A stretch of 64,000 nt of DNA from Lingula anatina (taxonomy: Eukaryota; Animalia; Brachiopoda). The stretch covers positions 24,104,225 to 24,168,224 of the forward strand of contig CM120640.1 of the NCBI GenBank assembly GCA_051362555.1, given 5' to 3'. The translations under genes and the position numbers were made by a program. Of this stretch, positions 40,519-53,675 are shown in pieces. The first letter of the stretch is position 1. Every line of letters begins with the position of its first letter. The notes under the pieces are model-generated. The model saw nothing but the letters and a program-made list of their open reading frames with translations. It made no database searches and was not told the DNA's origin.

Positions 40519-40774
40519 CATTTTTACTTTGCTCCTCTATATAAAATGTAACTTGTGAAGCTTCACTATCTTTTCTGTCTATGTGATTGCAGCTACTTGA
40601 TCCTGTTTCAAGTTTAGTCCTAGAAAAGCGCCTTCTTTTAAGATTAATTAAACTGGGTCTCCTGAGGCCTTTACTAACTACTGAGTTTGAATGTCTGTTG
40701 GGATCCTGAACGTGGATTTTCCATGTAGCCACTGAGTTAGACCTGGAGTCTGCAGCATAGCACCTCCATAAGCA
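40519..40774 (-). CDS. KCNQ1: KCNQ1-like exon 9 (IQ motif end, A-B linker)
   Basis: ctttcag|TGC; CLWRCYAADSRSNSVATWKIHV...FYIEEQSKN; donor G|gtaagg in phase 1, which is the phase the next exon needs; 256 nt. Confidence 0.9.
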
Positions 40775-40911
40775 CTGAAAGTAATGCAGAAAAAAGTATG
40801 GCAGTTCAAAGCTACAGAAAACATTTACACGCATGCAAGATAATAATTACCCTGCATGCATGTGCGAGAAGTGTTCTTAAAAAGAATAATAAAATCAAGA
40901 AAAATCTCATA

Positions 40912-40954
<43 letters not shown>

Positions 40955-41492
40955 AGATTAGAGCCACCCAGTTTAAACTATTGCACTCTTATCCTAAGAC
41001 GTAGATTGTTTTTGTCTAAAACAGGCTAGAGACCACTGAACAGATGTGGATGCTACAGCTTAAAGCTACACAACAACAACTTAACATAAGGGAATTAGCT
41101 CGATTTAAAAATTTTGGAATGAAATCAAAGTAAGGTAGTTCCAAGTTGTAAGGAGTAAATATATCTAATATAAACAGGAAACTGCTAATGGTTTAATTTT
41201 CAAGCAGAAATGTATATTCTGTCAGTTGTAAGGTGTGACATGCTGTATGCTAAAGAGTCTCTACAGGCTTGATCTAATCAAGAGGGTAGTGTAGTATTTC
41301 ATGTCTAGGTCAGGATTTCTTAAAACAAATGACAAAAATGAGTTATTCATTTCCCTCGAGATACATACTCCTTGTCAATCAAAATTATCTGAAAACCTAA
41401 TATTAGTTTACACTTTCAGAGTCAAGTGGAGGGAGTATGATGTTTGAAAGAAGAAAAATCAGTATATAAAACCTGATTGAGTTCATAACTCA

Positions 41493-41705
<213 letters not shown>

Positions 41706-44200
41706 TCACACAATAAGGGATTTCTTCTTCTTGCGGTTTACCTGGACACAATAACCTTCCACTAGGAAAAAATCATCAATATACTGTATATCTGAGTGTA
41801 TGTTCATAAAATTAGAAATTGAGTGTTGACATCGTATGCAACTTAATTTACACTGAAATCACCATATTTCAAATATAAAAATAATAAGTAAAAAAGAATA
41901 AAAAGAATCAGTATTCCTTGCTGCTCATGCCTTAAAGTAAAGATGTTAACCCTAAATGTTCAATTCATTTCAAAGTCTCTGCGATGGATTTAACCCGTGA
42001 CATCAATTTCCCTGTATCAGCAGTATCCGTGACCTAATTATCCCAAAGGAAATCACATTTTTCTTATTTCCAGGAACAAGTTCCATTGAACTTGAAGAGA
42101 ATCAAGTACTGCAATATAAAGGGACTATCCCAACCAATAAGATCAAACTTACTTTCCAAGAAAGGGCTAAAAAAGTTAAAAGTGCATTTAGTAAAATTAT
42201 GAACAAGACCAATTCCTGCAATGTTCTGCCTTGCTAGAAATGTGCATTAACATGATCAATTCAAGTTCTCCAATTTTGTCTAATATTGATGAGATGTACG
42301 GTTTACAAAGCAGAAAGTCTATTTTTATAGCACAATTAATTTTTCATCGTATAGAAGTCTTGAACAAAGGTTTCCAGAAAATTTAGCAGATAGGCTAAAT
42401 CCGTTTCTGTTGAAACTGTGTGGCATCTTATTAGCAAAATCCACAGTTTCCTAGGTAAAAACTAATCAATACATTTCCACTGGGATATGAAAATATAACT
42501 TTTCAAATGACTTGTTCATCCATCAGAATTTTCTCCTGACTTCACCTTTGTAATGTCAGTTGAAGTTAAGTTCCACCGCCATGTCAATTGATTTAGATTG
42601 ATTTAACTGTCAGCGAGCATTAGCACAACATTATGTCAAGTTGAGTACACACTAAGTAAGCAGTTAGTTCAGGAAAGCTACACACATTCTTGGCATGAAG
42701 TCATGAACTTATCATCTAACAATATGTCACTGTATAAAAAGACACGGCTTGTCGATAAACTCTCCAATTTTTATTTTGCTTTTGTTTTTTTTAAAAATGT
42801 GAAGTACCAATCTAAAGGATATTGCTACTCTTTATTATCATCCAGATACCGAAAATGAGTTTTTTCCTGCATCTAATTATTAAATAATGCATCTATCTTT
42901 GTGCTGATTTAAAACAATGAAAATACTCTCGAAAATATAAAATATTGCCATTTATATTTGTTGCAATGTATTAGCATAGGCAACTCAAAGTTTCAATCGT
43001 CTATTTAACACCTTTCTATTTGAAGGTAAGATAGCAATCTGTATGGGGCATAACTTCATCCTAAAACAAGATTTAATAACGAAAATTGGGATAGTGGACC
43101 ATAAGAGTATGAGCTACCCATACTTTTTCCATGGTTGTCTCATTATAAACAATGCATCTATTATTATTATTATTATGCTTACATACTGATGAATATGAAA
43201 TAGAGTATTGGCCAGGGAAGAAAATATTGGCTTCATTCAAGGAAAATTACTTCAGCCAGTCAGTGCAAAATCATCTTCCAAATTTCCTCAAGGGATTGAT
43301 GTTCAAATCAGTTCCTCCCCCAGAGGCATCTCCAACAAGCCACTTACTCCTACACACCACATCTGATTTTCCTCCCCAGATATTCTACAGTGAGATGAGT
43401 GTCACCTATTCAAATTTCCTGCTAATATACATTTGCCTCCCAATGGCAAAAGATCAATGTGTCTAGTCTTATCTGTTTCTTTCCAGACTTCAGTTCTAGA
43501 TAGAATGTGCCTGTTCTTTTTCCCTTTGATACAAAGTTGAAGGTGTGCTGTAACCTTAATGGCCTATCAGCGTCTCTAACAACACATACTAAAGTGTACA
43601 GTGTTGACGATAAAACATATTGATTTCCACCTAAAAGTATCAATAAGTTAGCCGACATGTATTACATTTCACTCTATGGGTTTACCCAGTCAACAACACA
43701 GACACCCTCAACCAAGCTGCATCTGGACATGACTACTCTTGTAGGTAGTCAATTGTGCCGCAGGCACAGATCCCAAAAGTCAACATTTGGTATCAATATT
43801 TCTGAACCACCTGCAGTTCCGTCTAAATTATTCATAGAACAATTATGCTCTCCTCTGTAATATTCCCAGTATCCTTTTTGGTTACGTAAAACTGTTTCTA
43901 ATTAGAATTGAATCTATTGTCATACCGAGAGAGCTAGCTGTTAATCTTACGTATATATATATATAGTGACAATGATGATTATGCAATTTAATTTGTGGTC
44001 TGACTGTTACTAGATCTATATACTATTTCTTTCAGAATTTCAATTAAGTTACCTGTGAAATATGAGCAGAATTAACATCCACATTAATCAAAATCAATGA
44101 ATTAAAGAAAGATTAATGGTAAAATCTATTTTTATGCTTCTTAATATATTTAGCAATATTTCTAACTCAGTAGCCATTAAGGGAAAAAAGGTATACTTAC

Positions 44201-44311
44201 AGCTGGGAGAGCAAAGAAAGAAATTGCAAAGACGGAAAAACAGGAAGCCACAATTTTTCCCACCCAAGTCTTTGGCACGGTGTCTCCATAGCCTATTGTG
44301 GTGACAGTGAT
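44201..44311 (-). CDS. KCNQ1: KCNQ1-like exon 7 (selectivity filter, S6)
   Basis: ccttcag|ATC..GCT|gtaagt; [37 protein letters not shown] with the TIGYG K+ filter; 111 nt; frame not shown in the ORF track. Confidence 0.98.
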
Positions 44312-44365
44312 CTGAAGGAGACATATTTACCTGCATATGATTTAAGCAGAATTAAATGCAAGTGA

Positions 44366-44370
<5 letters not shown>

Positions 44371-44422
<52 letters not shown>
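44371..44422. repeat. (TA)26 microsatellite
   Basis: Read directly; ~60 nt from the acceptor of the pore exon. Confidence 0.95.
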
Positions 44423-44423
<1 letters not shown>

Positions 44424-44703
44424 CAATGAAGAAATATCATAGTGGCTGTGAATAAGCCAATGAAGACCAATTTCCCTTCAATTTTAATCCTGATCCAGAC
44501 AACAAAAACTGGAACACAATTTTTATTCGTTTCAAAATATATTTAAATTAAAAAATGTCAATTTTTATAAAAGGTCAATTAACCATATATTTCAATAAGT
44601 AGTATCAAGACGAAAGTTCCACACTCAGACCCACCACTGTATGGTGGGTCCTAGCTACAGGTCTACCTAAGGTAAACTATCCTGGACATTTTATGTCACT
44701 TAC

Positions 44704-44847
44704 CACCCCCCACCATAAAGCGTCTGCATAGCTGTTAAAATCTGTCTCCCCATTGGCTCCTTCATCCTGGTCCCTCTCTGCCAGGTACACAAAGTAGGAA
44801 GAGAAAATGAGGCCAAGGAAACCAATATATAATGTAGTGATAAGCTC
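44704..44847 (-). CDS. KCNQ1: KCNQ1-like exon 6 (S5, turret, pore helix)
   Basis: tttcag|GAG..GTG|gtaagt; [48 protein letters not shown]; has Leu (TTLYIG) where KCNQ2-5 have the retigabine Trp; 144 nt. Confidence 0.97.
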
Positions 44848-45022
44848 CTGAAATAAATAAGTGTCAGTTTTTGAAATGCATATATACTTGACAATGAAAA
44901 GTGTGTCAGTCTTTTCCATAATATAATTTTATTTTTGGTGTTCTTTGATCATGCTGTAGTGATTTCTTTATCAATATATTATTTTGTCAAGCTGGTATAG
45001 AAACTTTGCTTTCTATGTCTAT

Positions 45023-45535
45023 GACCGCATTCTCAACAAATTGAGCCAGGCTTTACAAATCCTGAGAACTAAAAATGGTGGACGTACATGAAAGAAAAAC
45101 CGCCTAATCTTTTAATAGTCTCTTCGCCTCTCACACGCCTCCCCACACGTCATCCCTGCGGGGTACAGTAATTAAATCTCGGCTCCGTTCGCCATGTGGA
45201 AGCTACCTGAGAAATATTACGGCTGAAGGCGATCGAAGGAAAAAAGCTCTTCTGTTCTATTATCTTTCAAAACAGAGACGAAAAAGGAATGAATTGGCCC
45301 GTAGAGCAGCAATGAATCGGCTATCTACGGAGATAATATCACCAGAGATATTCACGGAGATATTCATGTTCGGAGCCGAGATTTAATTACTGTACCCCGC
45401 AGGGACGACGTGTGGGGAGGCGTGTGAGAGGCGGAGAGACTATTAAAAGATTAGGCGGTTTTTCTTTCATGTACGTCCGCCATTTTTAGTTCTCAGGATT
45501 TGTAAAGCCTGGCTCAATTCGTTGAGAATGCGGCC
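45023..45535. mobile_element. MITE with ~165-bp terminal inverted repeats (PIF/Harbinger-like)
   Basis: G(A/G)CCGCATTCTCAAC...GTTGAGAATGCGGCC; arms nearly perfectly complementary; TAT on both flanks; CpG-rich relative to the host intron. Confidence 0.9.
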
Positions 45536-46084
45536 TATGTTAATTGTATGCGGCATTAAACTGTTTACACAAGAGACATCAGTATGCTTTTAATACATGC
45601 TGTTAACATCAGTGAAGAATATCAAATTATTGAAAAATATCATAATATGAACCCATTTAAAAGAGTGATTGAGAAATTAAACTTTCCATATGAATCTCAG
45701 TTGAATGTTATACTGTATATGCATGGCATACATGCTGTTTTAAGTTTTAGACCTTCAACAAGTTAATGCATTCATGTGTCTTTATATACATAATCAATGC
45801 ATTAAATTCTAATCAAATCATTTAAAAAAATGAGTGGCCAATTAGTTGCAGGCTGGAGACTATGTAACTGATGAAAAATTAATAGTTTAAGCTGCAGCAG
45901 TAAATCATTCCAACTACTTTTGCTAAATTACAAAGCAGCAATTACAAGATTAAAGAAGCAGAGGTCTTCTTTTCCTTTTAGTATTCACAAAATATATAAC
46001 CTGTAAAAAAAAAAAAAAAAAAAAAAAAAAACGCTCACAAGAAAAATATATGAATCTTGAATTTACATTCTGACATTCTAATTA

Positions 46085-46584
<500 letters not shown>

Positions 46585-47249
46585 TTAAATACTAATACTA
46601 AGAGCCTTGCTCAATAAATATGAGACCCTTCAATCTAGAATATTGTAAAATATGAAAGGGTCCAAGAATGTCTTTAATTTTGATATTTACTATGTACACA
46701 CAAACACCCTCACGCAAATACACACACACATACATGTATATATACATTGTGCATAGACACACAAATATATACACACAAATAGACGCAAATACACAATCAC
46801 ATACACACACACCAAACACAACAGATGAGCAAACAGATGGACCAAATAGTTGTGGACAGACAGATTCACAGACATTACAGTCGTACTGTGATAAGTGAAA
46901 AGGCCATCCGAGCCATCACTAGGAATATTAAATATGCAGAAGCACTGTAATATAGAGCCTTATCAGAACGCCAGCAGTTTTAAGCCTCTGTTATTTTTGC
47001 TATTTTATGACAACATGGTTTTCTTGCATAAACACAAGTAAATGATGAAAAAACATCAGTGTTGTCAAGTTGACTTACTGATAGCTATATAAGTTGGTGT
47101 AAGGCGCAGTGAAACAAGAGTGAAGCATCTCTTTATATTACTCAAAGCTAAAGAAGAGCTATGACTGCATGCCCATATATAGTCTAAGAAACTGTACAAA
47201 AGCCTTCCCATTGTTTATTTACTTCTAAATAAAGCAGAATTTTAAATGA

Positions 47250-47290
<41 letters not shown>

Positions 47291-49715
47291 AGGTCCAAAC
47301 CACAGATACAGAACTGATGAACCTTATTTTTTTCTTTTACATATATCCTAACTATCAATATCAAACAGGAAATCTTCAAACATCTACACGAGGTTCTGAT
47401 ATACCAGTTCAAAGGAAAGTTCCACAGTATCTGTTGCTGTGGCAGCAGTGTGACAGGAGCCAATTTAGGATGATTACCACAACATATATTTTATTGCAAT
47501 TTATTCACCAACATACACTGGCAGAATGTGCTATTTGACAGGTATATGCACACTAAGATGACACTAGAGTACAGTAAAATCTTAATAATTGAACATCGTA
47601 TTATTTCATATATTCATGTGTCCCTAGGGGACCTGTCAATGGCCCTTACTCATCAACCTACAGAAGTACCGAGATTCTGAATTAATCCTGGACAAGAGAT
47701 GACATAGTGACGGGCTAATGATCTTCAATGACAAATCATCTCTTCCATGAAAAGTCCCTTGTGTGCATGACGTGAGGACCAGGAAACCTAATATGAACTG
47801 TAAACACAGTGACAGATGAAAATGGAGACGGCCTTTTGTAATAACAATTATTACATACCAGTTAATGTACCAGCGAAACTAAGTACCACTGGTTGTCATG
47901 ACAATGGACTTACTAATGAACGAGAAGTTTCAATAAGAGCACACGGTCCTTAATCTGACTTTGATACAGAACTTCATCATTTACGGAACAGACACAAAAT
48001 CATGACAATGATCCCAGGGATAGGAATATTCTTGAAGTTGATATAATTAACGTCACAAGGGTGGTGAAAAAATCAATTCCCAGGCTAAAAATGGGACTTG
48101 TGGAATTAAATCACAGTTGTTACTTTTATAATTACATTTGAATGTATGCATGGTATGAGACTTTGGAATTATGTATAACAATCTACAAATTTCTTGTTGA
48201 AGAGGATTTTTCCCCATTAAGGCATCCTTCAACACTTAAAAAAATTCATAAAAGTCAGGTTATATACCATACCTAATTAATGTACTGCATGAACCTAAGC
48301 ATTAGTGAAAATGAATGAAATCAGACTAAGAAAATATAATTGTAGATCAGTGCCCAAGGCACAATAGAAAGCTCACACAATGAATTTAATTTCAATGTAG
48401 TGAAATATAAAAAAGAGGCTGTTTGGTTAAATAAATGAAGTTACTGAATTTTTACAAGTTTTTGAAAACTTTTTTTTGCAAATATCTAAAAAAATCGAGT
48501 TACAGATATTTCTTAAGTATTTGTATAAGCAGATGCAGTGACCAACAAGCCTGGGTAACAAGTTGCAAAAGCAATCTAATAATGAGATAATAACGGCAGT
48601 TTATGTTACAAAGACGCTCCTAATTTTAATGCCACTTTCCAGAATCTAAAAATAAATAAAGATGATTATTCCCAGTCATTTCCAGCCATCTTTCACAGCA
48701 TTTCCATGAAAAACATAGCTTGTGAAGAAAGCTGTTGTGTGTCAGATATTGATATTTCAAGCCAGGGAAACAAGTTTTACAAAGAAAGGTAACACCTTGA
48801 AAGTCCGAGCCTACATGTATAAAATCTCAGTGCATATCACTAGCATTACTCTCAGTGGCATTAAAACTGATAATAATTTTGGGTGCACATACACCAAGTG
48901 CTGTACAAGTAGGAAATGACAAGAATTTATCATTTTGTTCACTTTTGGGCTTCAGAGAGTAAAATTTTTCTTCAAGTAGGGATAGCAATGCACAGCATGC
49001 TTTTAAGTCGGCTGTGGAGGCTTACATGTCAAAAAAGGATTTCTGCAGTTTCTTATGACCAAGATTGATTTTTAACTTTCAAAAATTGATTAAAGAAATT
49101 TATATAATATAAAATCAGCATTTTCCTCAGAAGCTTTTGGCTTTGTTGTTCAGTGTATGTTAGTCCTAGATAAGACTACAATAATACATTGAGATAAACC
49201 TATTCTTGCATCTTTTCTGCATTCTCAGTCTATAGAGAATCAAATATGTCATCATAACTTACAGATGAGAAAGAACAATTGTTTCACAAATTATTCTAAA
49301 AAAATGTGTGAGTGCACATATACATGGGTGTGCACACACACACACACTGACATTTAATCAAACTGATCTTGATACATGTCATTCCTAATTGTTTTCACAG
49401 ATTTTCAGCCCAGTAAAAGAGTATAAAGAAATCAAGGGTGTGAAATCAAAGGACATGTATCTGGTATAGCTCTAGATCTGCCATAATAAGAATAATAAAA
49501 TATAAATACCTATAAAAGACCACTCAAGGCATGGTTCCAATTATCATAATATATTTAATACTGGTAGCCCAACAATCTTCATGTCTATATTTGGTTTATC
49601 TTTATACCTAAACACTGAAGAATGATATCAACATACATATGCAATGGACTATCTAAAAATTAATTAATTCTTATATTACTATATATTTGGTATGAAAATT
49701 GAAATGTAAGCCCAC

Positions 49716-49794
49716 CTGATGGCTGAAGCAGCAAACACCTGCCCATTGGAGCCAATGGACAGCACAACCACTGATGCTACAACCACTATTAGAT
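49716..49794 (-). CDS. KCNQ1: KCNQ1-like exon 4 (S3)
   Basis: tttcag|AT..AG|gtgggc; DLIVVVASVVVLSIGSNGQVFAASAIR; 79 nt; frame not shown in the ORF track. Confidence 0.95.
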
Positions 49795-50208
49795 CTGAAA
49801 TAATCACACAAATCACTTATGCAAATGTCCAAATATGAAATACTGAACAGTATAGACAAGAAAATAAGAAGGAATGAAATAAAATCAATATATTCGGGGC
49901 TTTTTGCAATGAACCATGCTTTCATTATTGTTGGTAATATTTGGTAATTTTCAAAGATTGATCTAAATGTATTGTCAATATAAATGTAAGACCAATTTTA
50001 ACTTATTAATTAATTTTCAATTTTTCTAGATTAAATACAATTACTTATAGTCACATGTTGAGTTATTTCTAAGGTGGTCATAAACCTAGCTTTGTTTCAA
50101 TAAAAAGTCTCTTGGTAAAAAAGAAAGAAAGAAAAAAAAAAAAAGAAAGAAAGAAAGAAAGAAAAATACTGGTTTCTACAACAAGCATCTGGATCACTGT
50201 GTACCAAC

Positions 50209-50335
50209 CTATTATAGATATTGGTTTTCTGGCAAACCTCAGCCTTCCCACCAAGCCCATGTATTTACTCCTGCAGCCAGCAGACCATAGACGGATCACG
50301 TATTCCAGTCCAAAGAATACCACCAATACTATTTC
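50209..50335 (-). CDS. KCNQ1: KCNQ1-like exon 3 (S2, S2-S3 linker)
   Basis: atcag|GAA..G|gttggt; [42 protein letters not shown]; 127 nt, phase 0 to 1. Confidence 0.96.
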
Positions 50336-51291
50336 CTGATGTGAAAAGATAGCACATAAATCAATAACTTAATCTAAAAATTTATATGAAAACAACATTT
50401 CTGTCCTGGAAACCAAGAAAAGAAAACAGACATGGCACATAATCCTAAAATACACTCAATACAACAACTTCCTGAAAAAATTTGGGCTAAATGTCATTTC
50501 CTGGAGAGAGAGCAAAAACAGAGTATATCCAGGCTAATAATACTACCGATGCCCTTTAGTGAAATAATAGTATTTCCATGAAATAAAAGAAAGTCTTACG
50601 ATCAGATCCATCAATTAATGAAAAAACATCCTCTCGCCAAACACCTCCAATTTGTCTGTCTTTATTCTTTTGATCTCTGATTAAACATCAGTAATTACAA
50701 GGCTTAAAAATCACAATCAATATATCAGTCTTCATTTACACATATTTATCCACTCTCTCTGATATGATGCCTCAATAACAACCATTATTAATGGCAGGAT
50801 ATCAAAGAGCAAGTGATTATGCTTATGAAATATTTGCTTATACATCCGTGTCTAGCCTGCAGGTTGTAAATAATCTCTTTCATTACATGGAACATTACTT
50901 AGTTAATACAGGATTGTTTTTTCCCTGAAATATTGAACCCAACAATGAGTATTTTCATTCCTTCTAGAAATTTGTTATTATACCTGTAAGCTTTGACCTG
51001 GAACAAAACCTATTTCATTTGCTTTTAGGGATTCAAACCTTCGCGTTGAAAAGACTTATTAAAAAGTCAAGTTTTGAACAGTGCAAGTGTGAACTCCTCT
51101 GCACAGCTTTGTATCATAATTATGTTGTTTAGATGTCGTATGGCTGCATTAATTGCTTTTATTTACAAGCATTTATTCTTGTTACCATTCATCACAAATA
51201 ACAATACATACAATATCATGGTGACATACACTACACAGGGGGAGCTCAATACCACTGTCAAATTTCAATGTTTTTCCAGCTGTCTTTCTAT

Positions 51292-51603
51292 GAGGCCATT
51301 CAGAATAAGAAGAGCCGAGTGCTAGCTGGGCCACGTCCTACATATGGCGGACCTTCATGAAAGGAAGACCGCTTAATCCTGTAATGGTCTCTCCGCCTCT
51401 CACACGGATCCCCATGTGTCGTCCCTTGACCATTTGAATTGAGCCGAGATGTAATTACTGGTCCCCGGAAGGAATGACGCGTGGGGGGGGCCTGTGAGAG
51501 GCAGAGAGACCGTTACAGGATTAAGGTCTTTCTTTCATGTAGGTCTGCCATATTTAGGTCGTGGCCTAGCTAGCACTCGGCTTTTCTCATTCTGAATGGC
51601 CTC
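51292..51603. mobile_element. MITE related to the 45023-45535 element, internally deleted
   Basis: GAGGCCATTCAGAAT...ATTCTGAATGGCCTC; TAT on both flanks; shares CATGAAAG..CCGC..TAATC..TCTC..CGCCTCTCACACG and GAGCCGAGAT.TAATTACTG blocks. Confidence 0.88.
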
Positions 51604-52422
51604 TATTTCTAGTCTTAAGTAACTTCAGAGGACACACTCTGAAGCTGGTTATAAAGAAATGTGCTTTGACAGACACCAGGCCTCATAAATCATAATTGCC
51701 ATTTGTGATCTTGAGATTTGCGTTCGCAAATGCCTAATTAATGACTAAAACAGCAATATCATGGTGTGAAGTAGTGGTTGCAAGTATCGTAAAAAAAGTG
51801 AGTACAATTTGGTCAGCTTTCATCCCGCTTTTCACTGTCTACATGTAGATTCTTTTTCTCAATGCCTTAACTATTTTTTAAAATACAAAAGTAATGTGCT
51901 CTTGACAATCACTGGCACAGACTAATCATCTCAAATGGGTAGATGAGTGGATTAACAGTTAGCAGTTTGCATCGCAGTGCCATGAATTCACGTTTCACAA
52001 GTCATGAAGTCAAGATGTTAATTTGGTGTTCGGGATCACAAAACCAAGGCTCAAGATGAAGAATAGTCGTTTTGTTTATCAGGCCTGGAAACTTCACGAG
52101 CCAAACCCAATCTTCTTTTTTATAGCCTTATCACAATTTTCAGTTCTTTTAATTAGATCTGATGAATTGTTTTTGGATTACAAAGCCCTTTCATATGCAA
52201 TATTATGAGAAACAATATCTTAATGACTTTCATCACTTATCTCAAATTCATGCCATGATAAGCCAATAATCTAGTTTTGAGCAGATTACCATATATAGGC
52301 CTTTATTCTTTCCTGTAGGATTTCAGGGATGTTGTATGCTACATTAAAATTTGACAGAAAATCCATCATCCATCTTACCCACAGTAACAGGATTCTTGTT
52401 GCCATACAATTCATTTCCTTTA

Positions 52423-53102
52423 TGCCCCTATTTCACACAGACCATGAATCCCACGAATGGCCATGAATTGACAAATTTCACGATTCGTGGTTGAATCGTA
52501 ACCAGTTCGTGAAGTTCTTAACAGATTCGTATTTATTCGTAGTCAGTTCTTGCACTTCTTGACCAACAGGAATTGGTGGCAAAAACTATGATGCCCCTAT
52601 TTCACACAGACCACAAATCCCACGAATCGCCAGGAATTGAAAATTTCAGGATTCGTGGTTGAATCGTAATCAGTTCGTGAAGTTCTTGACAGATTCGTAT
52701 ATAATCGTAGTCAGTTCTTGCAATTCTTGATCAATCGGGAATTCATGGCAAAAATTTTGAGCTGTTCAAAGTTTAGGCCACGAACTCCCGATTCCCAAAA
52801 ATCGTAGTGAATTTCTGGACAATATCCGTGCGATTCCAACCGAATCCCACGAATATTCGTAACACTATCGCACCTGTATCGTAACTGAATCGTAGAGCAT
52901 GTCGAATTAGACCAGAAAATTGGCAAAATCTCACGATTCCAGCCGAATACCCAGGAATATTCGTAACAATATCGTACCTGTATCGTAACTGAATCGTGAG
53001 CGTGTCGACTTAGACCAGAAAATTGGCAAAATCTCACGAATCCTGAAATTTGTCAATTCCTGGCGAATTCGTGGGATTCGTGGTCTGTGTGAAATAGGGG
53101 CC
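52423..53102. mobile_element. Non-autonomous PIF/Harbinger element with a duplicated left end
   Basis: TIR GCCCCTATTTCACACAGACCAC...(~65 bp) at 52424 and again at 52593, inverted at 53035-53101; TTA on both outer flanks; internal ~103-bp tandem repeat at 52831-53036. Confidence 0.9.
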
Positions 53103-53506
53103 TTACATATATGAACCTCTGATAATAATGTCATTTCACCAAATTACGTGGAGCAATTAAATTGTCTGTTTGCCTACAGAATACATTAACAACAGTGCTG
53201 TTCTTGTCATAATTGGTACAAAATGAATCTATAATGATAAGAATTAAGTGTCTCCTTTGACTCCAGTCACTCCAGATAAATCATGATAAATGTTGCTGTA
53301 TTAAAACAAACAATACTCAGAAAGGATTTGAAGGGAAAGTCCTGTACTTTATATTCTTACCATTAACAAATCAACTTAACTTTACACAATGTCTTGTATA
53401 GCATTTGTTAACTCCACAGAGTTAATCAGCAGATTGTAAAGCCATGTGTCAATCATTGAGTATATTCAAAATGCATATAACCACGAGCTTATAACATATA
53501 TACTAG

Positions 53507-53535
<29 letters not shown>
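53507..53535. repeat. (TA)n microsatellite
   Basis: Read directly. Confidence 0.9.
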
Positions 53536-53537
<2 letters not shown>

Positions 53538-53584
53538 TATATATTTCTGACGGTAATTCAGAAAGTGTTATGTAATAGACTTAC

Positions 53585-53675
53585 CATCCAAAATAGTGTT
53601 TCATTGGCAAACTCTGAATACTGGTCTATTGTGGAGAGGACGCTAAAAATCAGGCAGATCAGCACCATCATGAAC
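53585..53675 (-). CDS. KCNQ1: KCNQ1-like exon 2 (S1, S1-S2 loop)
   Basis: ccttcag|G..ATG|gtaagt; FMMVLICLIFSVLSTIDQYSEFANETLFWM; 91 nt, phase 2 to 0. Confidence 0.96.

Noticed and set aside
44201-44847. Mutually exclusive duplicate pore or S5 exons
   Set aside because: I found no second GYGD or ELITT exon copy in the flanking introns
46598-46898. ORFs rich in C/V/Y or T/H
   Set aside because: Translation of a degenerate (CA/TA) microsatellite
52424-53036. Repeated blocks that superficially resemble a CRISPR or other array
   Set aside because: Two-copy tandem duplications without unique spacers, in a eukaryotic intron, bounded by TIRs
52711-53134. 108-aa and 67-aa ORFs with internally repeated peptides
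   Set aside because: They arise from the tandem subrepeats of the MITE; no transposase motifs
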